Below are positions 13,237 to 18,960 of a stretch of DNA of 18,960 bases, piece by piece. Every line of letters begins with the position of its first letter. Positions within the stretch are counted from its first letter, which is position 1. Source of the stretch: an uncultured Clostridia bacterium. Lineage in GTDB: Bacteria > Bacillota > Clostridia > Christensenellales > Aristaeellaceae. The DNA lies in contig CAKUFG010000036.1 of assembly GCA_934647235.1 (NCBI GenBank), positions 1-18,960 on the forward strand. Direction: 5' to 3'. A model generated the notes under the pieces. The model made no database searches, had not been told where the DNA came from, and was given only the letters and a program-made list of their open reading frames with translations. Made by a program: the position numbers and the translations under genes.

Positions 13237-14142
13237 TCATTGCGGGCCGCCAGGCTGACGGTCTGCGGGATTTGGCCATGCGTGGCGCGAATAGCGCGAG
13301 GGACTCATGCCCACGATGGAATGGAAAACCGTGCAGAAATAGTTGGCGTCGTTAAAGCCGCTGGCATACGCGGAGGCGGAAACGCTGTAGCCGTGCTTGA
13401 GCAGACCCTTGGCCACGTTGATGCGCAGCTGGTTGATATAGGTGCGCAGGTTCATGTGCATGCGCTGGCTGAACACATGGCTGATGTGCGAATCGGAATA
13501 GTTGCAGGCGGCCGCGATCTGCGCCACCGTCAGCGAGGAGTCCGTAAAGTGATTATAAAGATATGACATGATGTTTTCAAACGCCGTCTCGGTTGGGGAC
13601 TCGGCGCGCTCCTTTGCCAGCGAAGCATAGGGACGGAACAAATCGGCCAGCACAAAGGCGACGATATCAAACACGGCCTTTTCATCCTCGGTTGGGGCGG
13701 CGGCGCAGACCGACTGCTGCCTGAAGGCGATCAGCTCCTCCGTGCACATGCCCCATTTTTGGGCCAGAGCTTCGATTTTCTCGTCAGATCCCTGCGTATC
13801 CTGACAATACATCCCGACCGACAGCGAGCCGATGCAGGCGTCGTCGAGCAGGATCGGCACGGCGTATTCGCTCACCCCGAAACGACAGTCCCGGATAAAC
13901 GGCTCGCGCTTTCGCGCGCACAGCCATTGATGCACCTTGCTGCATGCAACGCAGCAGGCGTATGCCTGCTCGTTTTGCTTCATGGCGGTGCAGAACGCGC
14001 AGTGATGCCCAACGTGCGGCACCAGAATGCCGCCCAGGGATGTGTTCCAGTTTAAAAAGCCGACGAAATCCTTAACTATAATAATCCGGTTTAATCTTTC
14101 AAGTCGCGACAGCAGCGAAAGCAGCGCTTTTTCGCTTTCCAT
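13237..14142 (-). CDS. AraC-family transcriptional regulator with N-terminal PocR-like sensory domain
   Basis: The N-terminal Cys-rich region is HHCAFCTAMK..ACCVACSKVHQWLC..FGVSEYAVPIL. The C-terminal double HTH is LTVAQIAAACNYSDSHISHVFSQ...YASGFNDANYFCTVFHSIVGMSPSRY. The start is ATG 14142, 6 nt after GGAGGTG. The track start at 14157 is a TTG inside the RBS region. Confidence 0.85.
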   Translation of the reverse strand: MESEKALLSLLSRLERLNRIIIVKDFVGFLNWNTSLGGILVPHVGHHCAFCTAMKQNEQAYACCVACSKVHQWLCARKREPFIRDCRFGVSEYAVPILLDDACIGSLSVGMYCQDTQGSDEKIEALAQKWGMCTEELIAFRQQSVCAAAPTEDEKAVFDIVAFVLADLFRPYASLAKERAESPTETAFENIMSYLYNHFTDSSLTVAQIAAACNYSDSHISHVFSQRMHMNLRTYINQLRINVAKGLLKHGYSVSASAYASGFNDANYFCTVFHSIVGMSPSRYSRHAWPNPADRQPGGPQ

Positions 14143-14389
14143 GGATTTCACCTCCAAAGAAATGCCGGATTATTCATCATTGATATCATAACAAAAAGAT
14201 ACGTCTCTGTAAAGCGATTGCAGATTTTTCTAGATTATCTGCACTTTTTTGCTGAGACAATTCGCTCGATCGATGATAGAATAGCATCATCAGGCAAGGA
14301 GCGGCGCGGGTATTATCCGGAGATACCGGCCGCCCTGCACGGGATTCCATATGCGTATGAACGTCAATAAAAGAATGGAGGAAATGATC

Positions 14390-15730
14390 GTGAAACGAAT
14401 CGTTGCAGTTCTCTTGTCGTTGATCCTGGTGATGTCCCTTGTGGGAACGGCCTTTGCGGAAGACACCCCCAAGTACATCGATGATAATGCAGCCACGATG
14501 ACGGGCAGCGTCCGCATGCTGACTGCCTACGCCGGCTCCGTCGGTACGGATGCGCTGATTGCCGATTTCAATAAGTACTATCCCAACATTGAAGTGACCT
14601 ACGAGGTATATACCAACAACAGCGACGGCAACCTCACAGCAAACGCCGCCATCCAGGCTGGCAAGGTCGATGTGATTGCCAGCTACGATGCGAGCCAGGC
14701 TTCCTTCCGCTGGGAAAACGGCCTCCTGCTGGACATTACGGATCGTCTGGCTGCCGACGGGCTGGATCTGGTGAAGGAATGGGGCACCGACGCATACACC
14801 TATGAAGGACGCTGCTATTACTTCCCCTGTGCTGCCACCACCATCTTTGTGGCCATCAATATGACCGCCTGGCAGGAAGCCGGCCTGGGCGAGCTGCCCA
14901 GCAGCTGGACCTGGGATGAGTATCTGGAAGCCTGCCGCAGGATGACCAAGCGCGATGAAAACGGTAATGTTGTCGTATATGGCGGCACCGATTTCAATCA
15001 GCGCCAGTACTGGATCAACTATATGCGCCAGACCAAGGGCGTGGACGCCTACTATACGGCTGACGGTCAGGCCGACTTTACCAGCGGTCTTGCCGCAACC
15101 ATCCTGCAGCGTGAGCTGGACGCCGAGGCGGAGGGCATCTGGTATCCAAAGATCAACCTGATCACCAACAGCACCAAGTCCCGCGATCTGCTGCTCACCG
15201 GCGCTGCGGCTTCCTGCATCGAGTCCATTATTACCCGCTTCATTACCAACCTGGAAAAGTATCCGCACGACTTTATCCTGGGCTATGCGCCTATTCCCGT
15301 AAACAACGAGGGTGAATACAACTACACCCTGGCGCCGCTGCCTACCGAGGGCTATTCCGTGACGGCCAACGCGCAGGACCCCGACGCTGCGTATGCCTTC
15401 GCCAAGTTTGCATCTACCTATGGCAGCAAGTATATGTACTCCGCCGGCCATGCTTCCACCTGGACGGGAATTAACCCGGACGAAATCGTGGATCTGGTGT
15501 TCGGCTCCGCCGAGAACGCCGCCAAGTACGTAGACGTTGATTCCTACATTGCGTATAATATCGCTGCGGGACATCAGTCCTATGTGGATAAGAACATTAC
15601 GGCCTACAACGCCATTGCAACGCTGGTAGACGAATACACCGACTATATTCTCAGCGGCGAAATGACGGTTGAGCAGGGCCTTGCCGAGCTGAACGAAGCG
15701 GCCAACGACGCCATCTCCAGCGCGCAATAA
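14390..15730 (+). CDS. ABC transporter extracellular solute-binding protein (sugar family)
   Basis: Signal peptide MKRIVAVLLSLILVMSLVGTAFA-ED is followed by a typical family-1 SBP of about 420 aa. GTG 14390 lies 7 nt after GGAGGA. Alternative in-frame starts are 14351, 14375 and 14384. Confidence 0.85.
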   Translation: MKRIVAVLLSLILVMSLVGTAFAEDTPKYIDDNAATMTGSVRMLTAYAGSVGTDALIADFNKYYPNIEVTYEVYTNNSDGNLTANAAIQAGKVDVIASYDASQASFRWENGLLLDITDRLAADGLDLVKEWGTDAYTYEGRCYYFPCAATTIFVAINMTAWQEAGLGELPSSWTWDEYLEACRRMTKRDENGNVVVYGGTDFNQRQYWINYMRQTKGVDAYYTADGQADFTSGLAATILQRELDAEAEGIWYPKINLITNSTKSRDLLLTGAAASCIESIITRFITNLEKYPHDFILGYAPIPVNNEGEYNYTLAPLPTEGYSVTANAQDPDAAYAFAKFASTYGSKYMYSAGHASTWTGINPDEIVDLVFGSAENAAKYVDVDSYIAYNIAAGHQSYVDKNITAYNAIATLVDEYTDYILSGEMTVEQGLAELNEAANDAISSAQ

Positions 15731-15751
15731 CAGGCACTCAGCCGCTTGCAT

Positions 15752-15786
15752 GGGGGTATATGCGGAGCGCTCTCCCATATACCCCT
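15752..15786 (+). promoter_or_regulatory. Strong intercistronic stem-loop between SBP and permease genes
   Basis: GGGGTATATG (15753-15762) pairs perfectly with CATATACCCC (15776-15785). An inner GGAG/CTCC pairs around the loop CGCT, with one bulged C. This gives about 14 bp, followed by TTATTCTAT. Confidence 0.7.
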
Positions 15787-15815
15787 TATTCTATCCATAC
15801 AGAGAGGATATGCAC

Positions 15816-16703
15816 ATGAAAAACAAAACGAAGCTGACGCTGACCGGCTATGCATTCCTTGCTCCGGCGCTTCTCGTTTTTCTGACCATGGTGCTGATGC
15901 CGGTTTTGATATCGTTTGGACTGGCTTTCACCAAGTGGAATTTCTTTTCCGGCTTTTCCAAGCTGAAAATCGTGGGCCTTGCCAACTTCAAAAGGCTTTT
16001 CACCGCAGACCGCTCTTTTAAGAATGCCCTGATCAATACGGTGGTTTACGCCGCGACGACGGTGCCGCTTACCGTTTTCTTATCGCTGATTTTTGCGCAC
16101 ATTGTTAACGGCCGTGTTTATTGTCAGCGCTTTTTCCGCCTGGCCTTTTTTATTCCTTACATTTCCAACATGGTTGCCCTGGGCGCGATTTTCAAGTTCC
16201 TTTTCCGCTCGGATGGCCCGATCAACGTCATCCTTGTCAACTGGTTTCATATTTCGCAGGCGCCGAACTGGCTGGTATCCTCCTCATTGTGCAGGATACC
16301 GATCATATGCGTTATGGTGTATTCAGGCATAGGCTTTTGCCTGATCGTTTACATCGCCGCGCTCAAGGGGGTCTCTCAGGATCTTTACGAAGCGGCTTCT
16401 ATCGACGGCGCGTCGCCTATCAGACAGTTCTTCTCGGTTACGCTGCCGGTTATCTCCCCGACGACCTTTTATCTTGTCATTGTACGCCTGATCAACGCCT
16501 TCCAGGTTTTCGCCGCAATCAATATCATTGCCGACGGCGGCAAATCTGCAGGCAACGTCAGCCTGGTGGTGCTGATTTACGAGGAGGCGTTTAAAAAATA
16601 CAACTTTGGCTATGCCAGCGCGGCTTCCTGGGTGCTGGTTGCGTTTATCCTGCTGGTTACGGCCGTCAATTTCTCACTGCAGAAAAAGTGGGTTCACTAT
16701 TAA
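15816..16703 (+). CDS. Carbohydrate ABC transporter permease (MalF/UgpA-like)
   Basis: Six predicted TM segments and the EAA-loop EAASIDGASPIRQFFSVTLPVISP. ATG 15816 lies 7 nt after AGAGAGGA. The track start at 15750 lies inside the hairpin. Confidence 0.88.
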   Translation: MKNKTKLTLTGYAFLAPALLVFLTMVLMPVLISFGLAFTKWNFFSGFSKLKIVGLANFKRLFTADRSFKNALINTVVYAATTVPLTVFLSLIFAHIVNGRVYCQRFFRLAFFIPYISNMVALGAIFKFLFRSDGPINVILVNWFHISQAPNWLVSSSLCRIPIICVMVYSGIGFCLIVYIAALKGVSQDLYEAASIDGASPIRQFFSVTLPVISPTTFYLVIVRLINAFQVFAAINIIADGGKSAGNVSLVVLIYEEAFKKYNFGYASAASWVLVAFILLVTAVNFSLQKKWVHY

Positions 16704-16721
16704 AAAAGGAGCAAAAGCAAA

Positions 16722-17549
16722 ATGAAAAGAACAGCTGCGAAAACTGCGCTCTCTCTGCTGATGCTTTGCTTTGCGGCGGCGTTTATGCTGCCTTTGCTGT
16801 GGATGCTTTCTTCATCGCTGAAAACGCCGGCGCAGGTTTTTGAATCGCCGTTTCGATGGATTACCGATTCGCTGCGCTTTTCCAACTACGCCGAGGTCTG
16901 GACAAATCCCGATCTGCCGTACTGGAAAATGATCGTCAATTCGCTGCTGATCGCCCTGGGCAGCGTCGCCGGGCAGCTGCTGATATCATCCTTGGCTGCA
17001 TATGCCTTTGCAAAAATTCCGTTTGCCGGGAAAAGCTTCATCTTTATGCTGATGCTTACAACCATGATGATTCCTGTACAGGCGCTGATTATTCCCAGAT
17101 TTATGCTCTATCATAAACTCAATCTTTATGATACACTATGGTGCGTGATCTTTCCCAACTTCTTTAACGTTACCTCCATTTTCCTGCTGCGGCAGTTCTA
17201 CATGGGCCTGCCCAACGAGATGGTGGAGGCAGCGCTGATTGACGGCGCTGGGCACTGGCGCATCTGGAGCGAGGTCATGATGCCGCTGACGAAGAACGGC
17301 TTGATTTCTGCGGCAATCCTTGCCTTTATCGGCGCATGGAATGAGTATCTCAGCCCCCTGATCTTTTTGCCAAGCGCCGAAAACTACACCATTGCGTTGG
17401 GTATCCGCTGGTATCTCAACGACACGGCCCGAGAATACAACCTGATGATGTGCGCTGCGGCAAGCGCTATCATTCCGATTGTTATTCTATATATTTCCGC
17501 GCAAAAATATTTTGAGGACGGCATCGCCGCCTCGAGCGTCAAAGGCTGA
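16722..17549 (+). CDS. Carbohydrate ABC transporter permease (MalG/UgpE-like)
   Basis: EAA-loop EAALIDGAGHWRIWSEVMMPLTKNG and multiple TM helices. RBS AAAGGAGC lies upstream. Confidence 0.9.
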   Translation: MKRTAAKTALSLLMLCFAAAFMLPLLWMLSSSLKTPAQVFESPFRWITDSLRFSNYAEVWTNPDLPYWKMIVNSLLIALGSVAGQLLISSLAAYAFAKIPFAGKSFIFMLMLTTMMIPVQALIIPRFMLYHKLNLYDTLWCVIFPNFFNVTSIFLLRQFYMGLPNEMVEAALIDGAGHWRIWSEVMMPLTKNGLISAAILAFIGAWNEYLSPLIFLPSAENYTIALGIRWYLNDTAREYNLMMCAAASAIIPIVILYISAQKYFEDGIAASSVKG

Positions 17550-17565
17550 AAAGGAGTGGTATTTT

Positions 17566-18960
17566 ATGAAAAAAAAGCCGAACATCATCATGATTTTGAC
17601 GGACGATCAGGGTTATTGGTCCTTGGGGTGTACCGGCAACAAGGAGATCCGCACGCCCAATATCGATGCGTTGGCTGCCGGCGGCGTACAGCTGGATAAT
17701 TTTTTCTGCGTTTCGCCCGTGTGCTCGCCTGCGCGCGCGTCGCTGCTGACCGGGCGCATTCCCAGCCAGCATGGCATTCAGGATTGGCTGCGCGTGGGCA
17801 ACGGCGATAAAAAGAACGATCCGCCCATCGATTATCTGGAGGGCATCACCGGCTATACGGATATCCTGGCGCAGAACGGCTATACCTGCGGCATCAGCGG
17901 CAAATGGCATATGGGCGCCACCTGCAAGCCGCAGAAGAGCTACAGCCACTGGTTTGTTACGCCGGGCGGCAGCGGAACCTATTGGAATTCCGGCGCTTTC
18001 CGCGGCACGCAGCAGGTGCAGACCGAGGGCTACCTGACCGACGTGATTACCGACGATGCGCTGGGCTTTATCGATGAGTGCGCGGATAAGGACGAGTCCT
18101 TTTATCTGAATCTCTCCTTCACCGCGCCGCACAGCCCGCATGTGGATCAGCACAAAAAGGAATATGTCGATTATTACTACAACAACTGCACCTTCGCCGA
18201 CGTTCCACAGGATAAGCGCAGCCCCGGCAGCATTCAGTTCCCGCACGATATCGCCTACAGTCTGACCTTTGCGGATAAGAGCAGGGAGTTTCTGACGCTG
18301 CGCGATCTGCTCAGCGGCTATTACGCGGCTGTGCAGGGCGTGGACGACAGCGTGGGCAGAATTGTGGCAAAGCTGGAAGAAAAGGGCATCCGCGATAACA
18401 CGCTGATCGTCTATACCAGCGACAACGGCTTCAGCTGCGGCCAGCACGGCGTATGGGGCAAAGGCAACGCGACCTTCCCGCTCAACCTGTTTGACACCGC
18501 TGTGAAGGTGCCCTGCATCTTCAATTTCCCCGGCGTTATCCGCGCGGGCGTGAAAACGGACAGCCTGCTTTCTGCTTACGACTTTATGCCTACGCTCCTG
18601 GATCTGCTGGGCTACGAGAATCCGGAGGCCGCAGAGCTGCCCGGACGCAGCTTCAAAAACCTGCTGCTCAGCGACGCTTCGGAGGAGTATCATGAGGCGA
18701 TCACCGTCTTTGACGAGTATGGCCCAAACCGCATGATCCGCACCAAGGAGTGGAAGTATATCCATCGTTATCCCTACGGCCCGCATGAACTGTACGATCT
18801 GGTGCATGACGAGCGCGAGCAGTTTAACCTGCTGGAAGAAAACCGCTGCTTCTTCTATGGCCCCAAGTTTATCGAAGCCAAGGCGGCTGAGATGAAGGCC
18901 ATGCTGGACGACTGGTTTGCCCGCTATGTCAACCCTGAAATCGACGGCGCGCCGGGCTGG
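17566..18960 (+). CDS. Cys-type sulfatase (S1 / arylsulfatase family), 3'-truncated by window end, no signal peptide
   Basis: This frame is absent from the ORF track because no stop occurs before the edge. My own translation gives MKKKPNIIMILTDDQGYWSLGCTGN...FFCVSPVCSPARASLLTGR...GKWHMG...VYTSDNGF..GQHGVWGKG. The C-x-P-x-R formylglycine motif and metal-binding DDQ/SDNG motifs are present. RBS AAGGAG is at 17551-17556. Confidence 0.9.
   Translation, partial: MKKKPNIIMILTDDQGYWSLGCTGNKEIRTPNIDALAAGGVQLDNFFCVSPVCSPARASLLTGRIPSQHGIQDWLRVGNGDKKNDPPIDYLEGITGYTDILAQNGYTCGISGKWHMGATCKPQKSYSHWFVTPGGSGTYWNSGAFRGTQQVQTEGYLTDVITDDALGFIDECADKDESFYLNLSFTAPHSPHVDQHKKEYVDYYYNNCTFADVPQDKRSPGSIQFPHDIAYSLTFADKSREFLTLRDLLSGYYAAVQGVDDSVGRIVAKLEEKGIRDNTLIVYTSDNGFSCGQHGVWGKGNATFPLNLFDTAVKVPCIFNFPGVIRAGVKTDSLLSAYDFMPTLLDLLGYENPEAAELPGRSFKNLLLSDASEEYHEAITVFDEYGPNRMIRTKEWKYIHRYPYGPHELYDLVHDEREQFNLLEENRCFFYGPKFIEAKAAEMKAMLDDWFARYVNPEIDGAPGW

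Noticed and set aside
14186-15778. 530-aa minus-strand ORF
   Set aside because: It is antisense to the solute-binding protein gene. The sequence is Gly/Val/Ala-rich with no recognisable domain. The plus-strand gene has a signal peptide, an RBS and operon context.
17539-18807. 422-aa minus-strand ORF
   Set aside because: It is antisense to the untracked plus-strand sulfatase frame, which carries the DDQG, CSPAR, GKWH and SDNG hallmark motifs and an AAGGAG RBS.

Overview
High-GC (roughly 55-62% by eye) chromosomal segment with strong GGAGG ribosome-binding sites and a cdaA-cdaR operon. This suggests a Firmicutes/Clostridia-like organism, which is an inference. From left to right the window holds: (1) the trailer end of a type I-C-like CRISPR array, cut by the window edge, with 6 identical 32-bp repeats and two progressively decayed units; the leader and cas genes must lie off-window to the left. 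(2) A poorly explained gap of about 0.5 kb containing one coding-like small ORF. (3) A tandem promoter region and a tightly coupled 5-gene plus-strand operon: membrane-anchored MerR with a zinc ribbon, ABC ATPase, large ABC exporter permease, small lipoprotein, alpha/beta hydrolase. (4) An ECF sigma / single-pass anti-sigma pair whose sensor domain is compositionally foreign. (5) A minus-strand operon cdaA-cdaR-membrane protein-rsmF-like methyltransferase, with no glmM. (6) radC and a DUF218/ydcF-like gene. (7) A tRNA-Gln(CTG)/tRNA-Glu(CTC) mini-operon with a perfect consensus promoter. (8) A PocR-AraC regulator, a sugar-type ABC importer and a signal-peptide-less Cys-type sulfatase, truncated by the right edge. 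Several long ORFs in the track (771, 530, 422 and 263 aa on the minus strand) are antisense shadows of real genes. I see no recognisable defence or mobile-element genes apart from the CRISPR array. The most unusual candidates are the MerR-TM-zinc-ribbon/ABC/lipoprotein/hydrolase module next to the array and the mosaic anti-sigma sensor. Neither can be shown to be novel without database searches.
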